From positions 9,486,001 to 9,550,000 of the forward strand of contig NC_043009.1 in NCBI RefSeq assembly GCF_006345805.1: a stretch of 64,000 bases of DNA, written 5' to 3'. Position numbers and translations under genes: made by a program. Origin of the DNA: Octopus sinensis. Its lineage: Eukaryota. How positions within the stretch are numbered: the stretch's first letter is position 1; each line of letters opens with the position of its first letter. The notes below the pieces were generated by a model. That model was not told the origin of the DNA. It saw only the letters and a list, made by a program, of their open reading frames with translations, and did not search any database. This document shows, in pieces, positions 1-12,641 of this stretch.

Positions 1-944
1 CGGCTGTTAAAAGCTCACAACAGATTCCGTTCGACAGATGCCAGCATGGAAAAGTGGATGTCGAACAATGATGATGACGTATATTACACGACAGCACGAC
101 TTTTACACTTCCCTCTATGTGCATGTGTGAGTGTGTGTGCACATGCGTGTATGCGTGTGTGTGTGTGTGTGTGTACAAATCTGTGTAGTTGATTTATCTA
201 CATCTTTCAGTTGATGTTGCCTTTCATGCCTTGTTTCACAATTCATTTGTTTCCCTTGTAATATTTGTCCAAGATGCTTTCCGAATATAATGTTTCATTG
301 ATTAAGAAGTTATACGGTCCATCACTTTGGATTGTCATTTTCTTTAACTTATTTATTTCTTTATTTATTCATTTTTATCCTTTAAACTTTTTTTTTCTTT
401 CTTTCTTTCTTTAAACCTTTAATTGTTTTTATCTTTGATTAGAGGTTTCTCTTCTCTGATGGATTTTCTTGTTCAAATATAAAAAAAAAAAAATCTTTGT
501 TTATCTTTTCAAAACATTTCATTTTGTTTGATGACGAATACTTTTCCTCCCCCTAACCCTCTTTCCCTCTTAATCTATCCTTCTTTCTCTCCCTCCCTAC
601 CCACTCTCGCTTTCTTTTTCTTTTTTTTTTCTTCTCCATCTTTGCTTTGCTCTGCTCAAAGGAGTTTTCGGTTTCCACTTGCCAGATCAGTTTTATTTTT
701 ATTTTTATTTTTTTCTTCCTCTCGATATTCTTCATAATTTGTGTAAAATATTTGCTGTTTTTGTTGTTTTTTGGTTGAGAAAGTGTTGTTTCCTTTTTAT
801 GTGATAAATATTTGTGCCCTTTTTATTTATTTTTTTAAAACTTAGATATCGTATATCATCGGTATATCTTCTCCATTCTGTTTTGTCTATCTTTTGTATT
901 TCTCATTTGAAGCTAGTACTGATGTTTTCTTAATGTGTGTGTAT

Positions 945-959
945 ATTTGTCCATGTGTA

Positions 960-1014
<55 letters not shown>

Positions 1015-1028
1015 TATATATATGTATG

Positions 1029-1065
<37 letters not shown>

Positions 1066-1290
1066 ATATGTATGTATGTATATATATATATGTATGTATA
1101 TATGTGTGTATGTATATATATATGTGTATATTTATGTGTAAACATATGTATACATATATATATATGTATGTATATATATATAGACATATATATGTATGTG
1201 TGTATATACATATATATGTGTGTGTGTATATACACACACACACACACATACCCACACACACACACACACACATACACACACACACACACT
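945..1290. repeat. Compound (TA)n/(TG)n/(CA)n microsatellite (representative of dozens in the window)
   Basis: Read directly. Confidence 0.97.
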
Positions 1291-2417
1291 TTGTGTTCAT
1301 GGATTTCAATTCTTCAGTTTTCACATAAGCTGTGTGTAAACGATATGATTCACATTAATTATATTTATTTAATATATTTTCCCTTCGTGTGAGTATTGTT
1401 AGATGTTTGAGTGTGCTTTTGAGATTTTTCATCTTCTTTCTGTTCTTTTCCTTAAATTTTGGATAAGGTACAAATATGCGATGTTGATTTATTATGGATT
1501 TTTTAGAATTTTTATTTCATTAGGTTATATTTTAACATATTTTATCATATTTTATACTTTTGAGTCATTTATTTCTCTAATCTCTTTTAATCATTAATAC
1601 TACCATTGTCTATGGTGTTGAGCTGGCAGAAGCATTACTGTGTCAGGCAAAATGCTTAATAGCATTTTATGTGTCTTTAGGGTTCTGAGTTCAAATTCCA
1701 CCGAAGCCAATTTTGCTTGTTAAGGTGGTGAGCTGACAAAATTGTTAACATGTCGGGCTAAATGCTTAACGTCTTTATGTTCTGAGTTTGAAATCCTGCC
1801 ATGGTCAACTTTGCCTTTCATCCTTTCAAGATTGATAAAATAAGTACCAGTTGAGCACTGGGGTGGTGGGGGTCAATGTAATCAACTTAGCCCTTTCCCC
1901 AAATCTGCTGAGATCAACAATTATCACACAAGCTTAGGGTCTAAAGTATTCCACCTATAACCATCCCATCTGTTATTCAGATTGTCATCATCACCATCAT
2001 CATCACCATCATCATCATCATCATCATCGTCATCATCATCATCACCATCATCATTTAGTGTTTGCTTTCCCTTCTGCCATGGGTTTGATGGTTTAACAAA
2101 AATTGGCAATCTGGAGGACTGCACCAAGATCTTCTCTTTGCTTTGGCATTGTTTCAACGGAATTACTTTATCCAATATACCTTTTTAACTTTCACTTCTT
2201 TCAGTCATTAGACTGTGACCATGCTGGGGCACTGCCTTGAAGAATTTTTAATTAAATAAATTGACCCCAGTAATTGTTTTTTTTTTTGTTTGTTTGTTAA
2301 GACTTGTACTTATTCTATCAGTGTCTTCTACTGAACCATTAAGTTATGGGGATGTAAACACACCAACACTGGTTGTCAAATGGTGGTGGGGAACAAGCAC
2401 ATATGTGTGTGTGTATG

Positions 2418-2481
<64 letters not shown>

Positions 2482-2483
<2 letters not shown>

Positions 2484-2627
2484 GGGTGTTCAAAAAGTGT
2501 CTCTGCAGTAAGTATTTTATTGCAAAATAAATATTTATAAGATGGTATATGACTACAAAAGAATATATTAGACTTTACAAGACTTTAAAAAACTTTATAA
2601 GAGGTGTTGAAAGTGTCGTCCTTCATG
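2482..2627 (-). mobile_element. Tc1/mariner-superfamily 3' end fragment
   Basis: TIR-like CAGGGTGTTCAAAAAGT at 2482. The minus strand ends HEGRHFQHLL*, a typical C-terminus of maT/rosa-like transposases. Confidence 0.6.
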
Positions 2628-2835
2628 AAAGGAGCAACATGAAATGAAGTGTTTTGCTCAAGAACACAACGTGTCACCTGGTCCAGGACTCAAAACCACA
2701 ATCTTACGATCATGATGCTGACACCCTAACCACTAAGCCACATGCCTCCACACACACATATATATGTGACCGCGTGTGTACCGATGGCGATTTTTTTCCT
2801 CTGTCTTCCCTTCTCTGGATCTTTCTTTCTCCTAT

Positions 2836-2870
2836 GTTTCTGACAAAGAGCTCCACTCGAAACATTAAAC
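2836..2870 (+). ncRNA. Decayed copy of the same minimal hammerhead-like motif
   Basis: GTTT-CTGACAA-A-GAGC tcc ACTC-GAAA-CAT-T-AAAC, with three CG>CA changes. Confidence 0.45.
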
Positions 2871-3070
2871 CCTCCTTCTTTCCTGAGCGTCCAATATATA
2901 TATTTGTTCCACGTCCTCGCGTTGTTGGGTTTTTTTGTGCTTTCATGTTTGTATTAACTTTATATGTATGTGTATATATATGTGTGTGTGTGTATATATA
3001 TATGTATGTATGTATGCATGTATGTATGTATGCATGTATGTATGTATATATGTATATACATATATATGTA

Positions 3071-3103
<33 letters not shown>

Positions 3104-3994
3104 TACACAATGGGCTTCATTCAGTTTCCATCTACTAAATCCACTCACAAGGCTTTGGTTGTTCCGAGGCTATAATAGAAAACACTTGTCCAAGGTGCCA
3201 AGCAGTGGAACTGAACGTAGAACCATGTGTTTGGGAAGCAAATTTCTTACCATCTAACCAAACCTGTACCTATAATATAATAAAAGCATCTGAGTGTGAT
3301 TCGGTGAAAATCTGGCTGCTGTTTCTAGCAGTGTGAGCAATTATGTAAAGACTCCCTGGTTGGCTTGTTTGCTGAGTGATTAAGGTAGCCAAGTATCAGC
3401 CCAGCAGTCACACTCTGGTGGTGTTACAGTATTTTAATAGAGGAAGCTGTATATTACTTTTAAAACATGCTGTAGAATCATCGAAGCATTGAACTGAATG
3501 CCTTGTAGTTTTTTTATTTTAATTTTTTTTTTTTAGCTTTTTACATTCTGAGTTCAAATCCAACTGAGGTTAGCCTTGCTTTTGCCCACAACAAGGTCAA
3601 CAAAAATAAAACATCAGTCATGTACTGTGGGGTGGTATTCACTAAACCCCTTCCCTTAGAAATGTTGACCTTGTGCCTAAATCAGAAACCCCAAAATTTC
3701 AAGCCTTGTGCCTGTAATAGAAAGGATTATTATTATTATTATTATTATTTAGGCAGCAAGCTGGCAGAATCTTTAGCACATCGGGTGAAGTGCTTAGCAG
3801 TATTTCACCCATCTTTATGTTGCGAGTTAAAATTTTGTCAAGGTTGACTTTGCCTTTCATCCTTTTGGGGGTCGATGAAATAAGAACCGATCAAGCACTG
3901 AGGTCAGTGTAATTGACTTACCCCACCTCTCCAAATTTCAGGCCTTGTGCCTACAGTAGAAAGGATTATTATTATTATTATTATTATTATTATA

Positions 3995-4398
3995 GGTGTA
4001 GGAGTGGCTGCGTGGTAAGTAGCTTGCTTACCAACCACATGGTTCCGGGTTCAGTCCCACTGCATGGCACCTTGGGCAAGTGTCTTCTAAGCCTTGGGCT
4101 GACTAAAGCCTTGTGAGTGGATTTGGTCGACGGAAACTGAAAGAAGCCTGTTGTATATATGTATATACATATATATATATATATGTGTGTGTGTGTGCGT
4201 GTTTGTCCCCCGCAACATCGATTGACAACCGATGCTGGTGTGTTTATGTCATCGTAACTCAGTGGTTCGGCAAAAGAGACTGATAGAATAAGTTTTAGGC
4301 TTACACAGAATAAGTCCTGGGGTCGATTTGCTCGACTAAAGGCGGTGCTCCAGCATGGCCACAGTCAAATGACTGAAACAAGTAAAAGAGTAAAAGAG
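3995..4398 (+). mobile_element. tRNA-derived SINE family A, full length
   Basis: Head GGTGTAGGAGTGGCTGCGTGGTAAG (A box), GGTTCAGTCCC (B box), CCTTGGGCAAGT block, central TA/TG microsatellite, (GTAAAAGA)n tail. Confidence 0.9.
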
Positions 4399-5159
4399 AT
4401 TATTATTCTTTTGTTGTTATGTGGTGTTTATGTTGTTCCTGGTTTAATTTCTCTTCTTATCAGGCCACAACCCTTGTTCCATGATTAGAAACATTTTTTT
4501 GTTCTCCCTCAAACCATGACCTTCTGCCTGTGTTAGAAATGATTATTATTATTATTGAAGTGGAGGAATGGTAGGAGTAGTAGAATGCTAAACCTACATC
4601 CCTTTACGTTATGAGTTCAAGTCCTGCTGTGGACCCATTATCTTTTAATCCTCCAAAATGCATAAATAAGTAAAGGGTAAATGTCCAAGAGCATCCAGCT
4701 GGGTCCATGAAAAGAGCACTCAGTTCAAGCTGCAAAGCAGTTGGCACTGGGAAAAGATTCTAGCCATAGAAATCATGCTGAAGTAGACATTGGAACACGG
4801 TGAAGTTCTTGAACCGGTCAAACTGTCCAGACCAGTATTCCAAACATATCCTGATGCAATCAGGAAAACAGCGAGACCTAATGGATACAAATTAATTTAA
4901 TAATTAATTAACATATTTACCTACAATTGTTTCATTTCACAAACAAAATTAAAATTATAAAACATATATAAATATATAATTTTGCATTTTAAAATACCTT
5001 GTATGGAAAATCCTCAGGGTGTACAAAGGACAATAAGGATTGCATCAGGATATGTTTGGAATACTGGACTGGACAGTTTGACAGGTTCAAGGACTAGACT
5101 GTGTTCCTATGTCTACTTCAGCATGATTTCTATGGCTAGAATCTTTTCCCAGTTCTAGA

Positions 5160-5451
5160 AATTTACCCTCTGAGGCACAAACCTGGTCAAGATTGTTTAT
5201 GGAAGACCAGCAGTCGCCCATGCATACCAGCCTCCCCTCTTCACGCCAGTGATGTTATCCAAGGGAAAGGCAAAGGCCATTACAGTTTGGCCCAAGTGAT
5301 ATTGCAACTCATTTCTACACCTGAGTGAACTGGAGCAACAGGAAATAAAATGTCTTACTCAAGAACACAACACTCAGCCGAGTCTGGGAATCGAACACAC
5401 TACCTCATGATTGTCAGCCCGATGTTCTAACCACTGAGCCATGTGCCTTCA
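5160..5451 (-). mobile_element. tRNA-derived SINE family D
   Basis: Reverse complement of 47860-48190. Confidence 0.82.
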
Positions 5452-6846
5452 TCATAAATAGGTATTTGTAATGTATTAGGAGGTAGGGAGTGATGTATCA
5501 GTAATACACTTGGGATAAGAACTCAGTTGACCTTAGTCATTTGTACAATGTGTGGCATTAAAAAAGTTTTAGATCATCATCATCATCATCATCATTAATA
5601 CTATTATTAAGATGGTGAGCTGCAGAATAGTTAGCATGCCAGACAAACTGGTTACCAACATTTCACCTGTCTCGTATGTTCTGAGTTCAAATTCCACCAA
5701 GGTAGACTTTGTCTTTCATCCTTTCATAATCAATAGAATAAATGTCAGATGAGCACTGGGGGGGGGGGGGTGATGTAATCAACTAGACCCCACCCCCCTC
5801 ACACAAAAGCCTCTGAGTTCAAATTCCCCCAAAAGTTGACTTTACCTTTCATCCTTTCGGGGTAGATAAAATTTAGTACCAGCAAAACACTAGGGCAAGT
5901 GTAATCAACTAGTTCCCTCCCCCAAAAATTTCAGGCCTTGTGCCTTTAGTAGAAAGGCTTATAATAATAATAATAATAATAATTATTATTATTATTATTG
6001 TTGTTGTTGTTGTTATTTAAGGTGGTGAGCTGGCAGAATTGTTAGCTCACCAGGCAAAATGCTTAGCAGCATTTTGTCTGTCTTCATGTTCTGAGTTCAA
6101 ATTGCACTGAGGTCATGTTTGCCTTTCATCCTCTTAGGGTCGATAAAATAAGTAGCAGTCAAGCACTGAGTCGATGTAATCAACTTAACTCTCCCCCAAA
6201 ATTGCTGGACTTGTGCCAAAATCTGAAGCCATTATTGTTGTTGTTTTTACTGGTGGGATTCAATGGCCACTTGTTGTTTATGCCGGGAAGTTTGGTGAAG
6301 GAAAGGTTATTCGGCCTCTGGAAATCATACCGAGAATCTCATGACATATGCAGCAATAGAATTGGCTGAGGGTTTCTCTATTGCTGCATATGACAGATGA
6401 CAGGAGATTACAACAATGGTGAGAGACACTTTGAGATCTTGAAGATTCTGGCCACTCCATGCCAGCATGTAAAAAACAGAAACTGACATAACATAATGAT
6501 GATTTAGTAACACCCACCAGGGGGCAGTAGATGTCATAATTAGCAAAGCACCAGCCAAAACGTCTTGCTGGTATTTAGTTATGCCCTGTGGAGTTTATGT
6601 CCCTCCAACTTTGCTTTTCACAAACCAAGAAGGGAGCTTCTATGCGGTTGCTTAACTCACTAGAAATAGCAACCAGATTAGACCTTACTGTTTTTTAAAA
6701 AAAGAATGACACATTTAATAATGTAGCCCCTGTTGAAATGTTCCTATGAAAAGAAGGGATGGCCATGGCTAGAACATCTTTTATCATAAGTCTGTTTGAT
6801 CAAGGCTGTCCTGGACTAAATAACAGTAATGGTTCAAAAAGTAAAG

Positions 6847-6888
<42 letters not shown>

Positions 6889-7399
6889 TATTATTATTAT
6901 TATTATTATTATAGGTGTTAAGGTGGCAGGCTGGCAGAGTCACTACCAGGCTGAACAAAATGTCTGGTACCATTTCATCTGTCTTTAATGTTCTGAGTTG
7001 AAATTCCGCTGAGGTTGACTTTTACTTTCATCTTTTCAAGGTCGATGCAATCGACTTAAACCTTTCTTCAAAACTGCTGGCCTTGTGTCAAAATTTGAAA
7101 CCGTCATTAATATCATTATTGAGGTTAGATTGGCAGAATTGCGAGAGCATTGAAGAAAATGCCTTGGTCTGGTTCTTTCATCATTTTGGGGTTCATGAAA
7201 CACAGTGTCAGTCGAGCAATAGGGCTAAGATAATCAATTAAACACCTCCCCATCAAATTTCTGGCCTTGTGCCTATGATAGAAATTATTATTGTTGTTTT
7301 AATTAATGATGGTAGCCAGTGCATAATGAAAGGCAAGGGGAATGAGTAAGTTAAAGGAAAATAGAATAAAAGACAGACAGGGGACAAAGAAAGGGCTGT

Positions 7400-7690
7400 G
7401 GTGGGTTGGTAGTGGAACTGGTAATCTGATGGTGCTGGCGGAAATGGTGATGATGATGATGATGATGATGGAAATGGTGGTGGCAGTGTGTGGTGATGGT
7501 GGCGGCTGTGGCAGTGTGGTGGTGGTGGTGGCGGTGGTGGCTGTGGCGGTGTGGCGGTGCTGGGTTGGGCAGCAGTTACAATCTTGGAATCTTGAACTAG
7601 TTCTTTCACATTATAAACCATCAATGAAGAGTTTTTCGAAATTGAATTTCTTAACAAGGAATACTAGTATTGATTTTAATAATAACAACC

Positions 7691-7725
<35 letters not shown>

Positions 7726-7969
7726 AGTAACAACACAAATGATGATGATGATGATGATGATGATGATTACTGGCATAGTCTAAATGTGCCACAGATCTAT
7801 TTCTGATGACAGCAGCGTTGAGTCAGAAGCACACGGTTGGTTCTACTGGTTTACAATCAGTATTTCCAACAACTTAGAACAAAATCAATATTAAGATAAT
7901 GATAACAACAACAACAAGAACAACAACAACAACACAATCACTACCACCACCACCACCACCACCATTGCC

Positions 7970-8004
<35 letters not shown>

Positions 8005-8140
8005 CAGCAGCAGTATTAATAGTGTTAGCAATAATAAAAGTCACGGTGGTGGTGGTGGTGGTGGTGGTGGTTTTGGTGGTGATGTTGGTGGTGGTGGTGG
8101 TAGTAGTAATTGCTGTTGTTGTTGTTGTTGTTGTTGTTAT
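7400..8140. repeat. Trinucleotide repeat cluster (GAT, GGT, AAC, ACC, AAT, GTT)
   Basis: Read directly. Confidence 0.95.
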
Positions 8141-8626
8141 GGAGAAATAAAAGAAAGGAAGGAGAATTCGCAGAAATATAATTTATCTTTTATTGGATCT
8201 ATGCAACTTCCGATGGTTTTGATTAGAGGTTGAAAAAGTGTATGTGTGTGTGTATGTAAACATGTGTGTAAGTGTGTGTGTGTATGTGTGTGTGAGTGTG
8301 TGTGTGTGTGAGTGTGTGTGTTGGCAGACGTGATGGTGGGGGGGGGGAGAGGGTAGGAGCTAAGTGAGTGTGTGTGTGGGTGGGGTGGTTATGTATCGAG
8401 GTAAAATACATAAAAATATATTACTGATGTTAATATTCAAATTGAATATATGTGGATTATGTATGTATGGTCAGATCTATATATTGTGTGTATATATATA
8501 TGTGTGTGTTTGTGTTGAATTGTAGTTTGGCATTGAAACCTAAATTATGTATATTGTATATGTTTGTTTATATGTATGTATTTACATACGTATATTTATG
8601 TTTGTATATATTCGTGTATGTATATT

Positions 8627-8670
<44 letters not shown>

Positions 8671-8755
8671 GTCATCTGTTTGTGTGTCTGTGCCAGTGTA
8701 AGTCTGTGTTGGTATCTAAATATTAAAATTACATATATTGTGTGTGTATGTATGT

Positions 8756-8824
<69 letters not shown>

Positions 8825-8961
8825 TTGTGTTATGCATCTATAAACATCATAAATATATAAGATACTAGCTTCAGATTTTATGATGATGATGTGTATGCAT
8901 ACACATACACACATATTTATGTGTGTATGTGTTTGTGTATCCCCTCTCTCTCTCTCTCTCT

Positions 8962-8997
<36 letters not shown>

Positions 8998-9570
8998 CTT
9001 ACATACATATATATAGCATTATATTATAAATTATACATATATATATATTATATTAAATAAATTATGTGTGCGTGTGTGTGTATATATATATATATATAAT
9101 ATATATATATACATACATATATTATATTATATTATATTATATTATATTATATTATATATATAAATTATGCATATATATGTATATGCGTGTATATATAATA
9201 CTCTTATTCTACGCACTGTTTTATAACAATGGGATTTTTGTCAGAGTTTATATATTTCTGTAATTCCATTTGTAGAATAATAATAATTTTGAAAAAGAAA
9301 ATTTGCAAAGAAGAAAATAACCAATATAATTAATATCCCGAGTATTTAATTATTAATTACTTATTCTTCTTTTGCTTAGAACTTCACACTATTTTGAAAT
9401 GCAGCTACTAGAATTCGTTCCAGCTTAATTTAAAATCTTTGACTGGATGTAAATAAATATATTTAATTATTCAATTATTTTGTTGTGTAGATCGACATAG
9501 TTTTAATTATGAATTTAAAGTATTCAAAACTTGATCCAAATTCATATATATAGAGCCACATGCATGGTGG

Positions 9571-9613
<43 letters not shown>

Positions 9614-9834
9614 ATATATACACACAGACACACATGTGTGTCATTGTCATCATGACTAGCACACAATTGTAAATCCATACATGTATATAGAAATGTATAT
9701 TATAACAGTATGTTATTTATACAGAAAGTTATATAGAATAGTATGTATAGAATAATATCTACAGCATTAAATGGAATGATATACATGTGTATAGAATTTT
9801 ACATAGAATTACCGACCAGTATATCAGATCATAT

Positions 9835-10143
9835 CATGTGATCATGTGACTGACCAGGCTATCAGATGTTGCTACACATCGCTGGTCACAATGCGCTTCA
9901 CATTGTTTTAGCCTTCAAATGATGCCACTCCGCTGGCTAAGCGAGAAGGTCAACAGAAGAAAGAGTGAGAGAAAGATGTGGGAAAGAGTACACCAGGGAT
10001 CACCACCATCCCCTGCCGGAGCCTCGTGGAGCTTTTAGGTGTTTTCACTCAATAAACACTGACAACGACCGGTCTGGAAATCGAAACCGCGATCGTATGA
10101 CTGCGAGTCCACTACCCTAACCACTGGGCTATTGTACCTCCAC
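9835..10143 (-). mobile_element. tRNA-derived SINE family C with a 14-bp TSD
   Basis: ATATCAGATCATAT at 9821-9834 and 10144-10157. Head GGAGGTACAATAGCCCAGTGGTTAG and GGTTTCGATT B box on the minus strand. Confidence 0.88.
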
Positions 10144-10170
10144 ATATCAGATCATATGTGATAGTGTATA

Positions 10171-10228
<58 letters not shown>

Positions 10229-11405
10229 CATATACATATGTATATATATATATATATATATATACATATACATATGTATATATATATACTCACATATAAT
10301 CGCAATGAAGATATTTAAACCTCTTATAGGGATATTTTATTCAAAATACACTGGTTTAATATATATTTTGAAGAGAAAATTCTTCAATGAATATATATTT
10401 TATATTATATCGTAAAATATCAAATATTTTTATTGAGTTAGAAAACAGCGAGACCTAATGGATAAAAATTAATTTAATAATTAATTAACATATTTACCTA
10501 CAATTGTTTCATTTCACAAACAAAATTAAAATTACAAAGCATATATAAATATATAATTTTGCATTTTGAATACCTTGTATGGAAAATCCTCAGGGTGTAC
10601 AAAGGACAATAAGGATTGCATGAGGATATGTTTGGAATACTGGGCTGGACAGTTTGACAGGTTCAAGAACTTCACCGTGTTCCAATGCCTACTTCAGCAT
10701 GATTTCTATGGCTAGAATCTTTTCCCAGTGCTCTTTTCATGGAACCAGCACTAGTGAGGTCACCATGGAGCCTGCAGGCCCCCTTCAGCTGAATGGAGCT
10801 ACAACAGACAAGAAGGTGGCTTTATAATATGGGGTAAAAGGTTATAATGAGAGAGAAGAGACCAGAACATTATCATTTGTTTATTTGATATCTGTTTTTT
10901 CACGAGTTAGCTGAATATATTATTGAAGTATTGGCAGGCATGGGTGTGTGGTAAGAGGTTTGGTTCCCAACCACATAGTTCTGGGTTCAGTCCCTCTGTG
11001 TGATACCAAAGTGTCACTCAGTATCTTCTGCTACAAAAGCCTGTTAGTTGACTTAGTAGACAAAACCTGAAAGAAACATCGTATGTGCACGTGTGTCTTT
11101 GTAATATTACCCCATGGCCAGATATGTTTTCACAAAAAGACTGGAAATGAAAGACACTCATTTACAACTATCATGCATTGTCAAGATGACGTGCAAACAT
11201 GCACACACAGACACACATACACATGTGTACACAATAACATGCACACACACACACATGATGGTCTTCTTTCAGTTTCTTTCTACTTAGTTCACTCACAAGG
11301 GTTTGGTTGGCTCAGGGCTATAATGGAAGGCAGTTACCCAAGGTGCCATGCAGTGGTTTGGGAAGCAAATTTCTTACTACACAACACACTCAAACACACA
11401 CACAC

Positions 11406-12641
11406 ATTGGGTCATAAACAATCAGTTTTTTTTAAATTGCATGAACTAAAAGTTGGAGGGGGACCAGGTAAACTACCTGCATCAACTTGTTATAATGCAG
11501 GTAGTAATTTTACTTTGTACTTATTCTTAGTGCAAGTTTTGAAGAGTGCAGTTCGATTTAAACAGTTATTTTTTCAAAGCTATAATGGAAGTGGCAAAGG
11601 AGCATATTCAGAATATTTTGCTTTATGAGTTCGATAAAGGCAACAACGCAACGGAAACTGCGAGGAATATTAATGCAGTACATGGGAATCGGACAATAAG
11701 CATAAGTCATTGTCAATGGTGGTTCCAGAAATTTCGAGCCAGAAACTGCAGCCTAGAAGACAAGCCTCATCCCAGAAGATCTGTAGAGCTTGACAAGGAC
11801 ATCCTGCAAACCCTGGTAGAACAAAATCCCATTGTAATTGTTGAACTAGCAGAGAAGCTTGGATTTGGTCATTCAACCATTCATCGACACTTGCATGCCA
11901 TTGGAAAAGTCAGCAAATTGGGTCAGTGGGTTCCTGACAAACTTCCCGAGATTAATCATGCACGGAAAGTGAATTTGTGCTCTTCTTTGCTGTCACATCT
12001 CACGAATGAACCTTTTTTGGACTAAATAGTGATTAGTGACAAGAAATGGGTTCTCTATAAAAATGTTAAGCGCTGAAGACAGTGGGTAGGGAAAGGAGAA
12101 ACACCAGCACCCCAGGCTAAAGAAAGTCTTCACCCTGTAAAGTTTTGTTATCTGTTTGGTAGGATATGAAATGTTTAGTCCACTTAGAACTTTTAAACCC
12201 AAACCAAATGATAACAAAGGAGATCTACTGTGAGCCAACTTGAGTAGCTTAAGTCAGTGCTAGAAGAAAAATGACAATCTTTCATTTCCAGATGAAAAAG
12301 TGTTCTATCAGGATAATGCTTGGCCACATACAGCAAGGATGACATTCCAAGGGCTGGAGTTGTCCCATCTTAATTATCATTTATTCTGCGGTCTTCAAGA
12401 TCATTTGGATGGAAAAAATAGGAATTCTGTAGACAAGGTCAGAACAGTACTGGAAGAGTATTTTTCATCACAGATAAGTGAATTTTGGAAGAGGGGCTTT
12501 GCAAGTCTACCAGATAGATGGAAGAGCATTGTAGAAAATGAAGGAGAGTATATTTTAGATTAAAAAGAACTTTATTTATCTTAATTTTGAAAACTAAAAG
12601 AAGTATAAAAAAAAATGCATTATTTATGAGATGACCCAATA
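11406..12641 (+). mobile_element. Mariner transposon, near full length, with a transposase pseudogene
   Basis: About 1.24 kb with degenerate TIRs (attgggtcat...ttttttt / aaaaaaatgcattatttatgagatgacccaata, followed by TA). Transposase runs from ATG 11585 (HTH, WVP motif) with stops at 12023-12025 and later, and has SDKKW, QDNAWPH and YHLF motif remnants ending EGEYILD at 12563. Confidence 0.93.

Larger units (their letters stand above)
2188..3270 (-). mobile_element. SINE family A, interrupted by nested insertions
   Basis: 3' half at 2188-2410 and 5' half at 3100-3270, both matching the full copy at 3995. Confidence 0.75.
1610..7290 (+). mobile_element. Region with about nine same-orientation SINE family B copies (about 1610, 1720, 3540, 3745, 5610, 5810, 6020, 6915, 7125)
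   Basis: Repeated AGGTGG(T/C)GAGCTGGCAGAA head, GAGTTCAAATTCC B box, GACTTTGCCTTTCATCCTT..GGGGTCGATAAA block and (ATT)n tails. Confidence 0.8.

Noticed and set aside
887-1392. Long Y/I/C/V/H/T-rich ORFs here and at many other microsatellites (e.g. 8452, 20724, 28673, 36512, 44629, 49929, 62331)
   Set aside because: They are translations of di- and tetranucleotide repeats that lack stops by composition.
7803-7809. Isolated CTGATGA/CTGAAGA words (7803, 18254, 53453, 54828)
   Set aside because: No convincing stem II, GAAA, stem III and stem I arrangement follows them.
7253-8150. Poly-Pro/Val/Met/Asn ORFs, and likewise 25400-25901
   Set aside because: Trinucleotide repeat artefacts with no splice or homology support.
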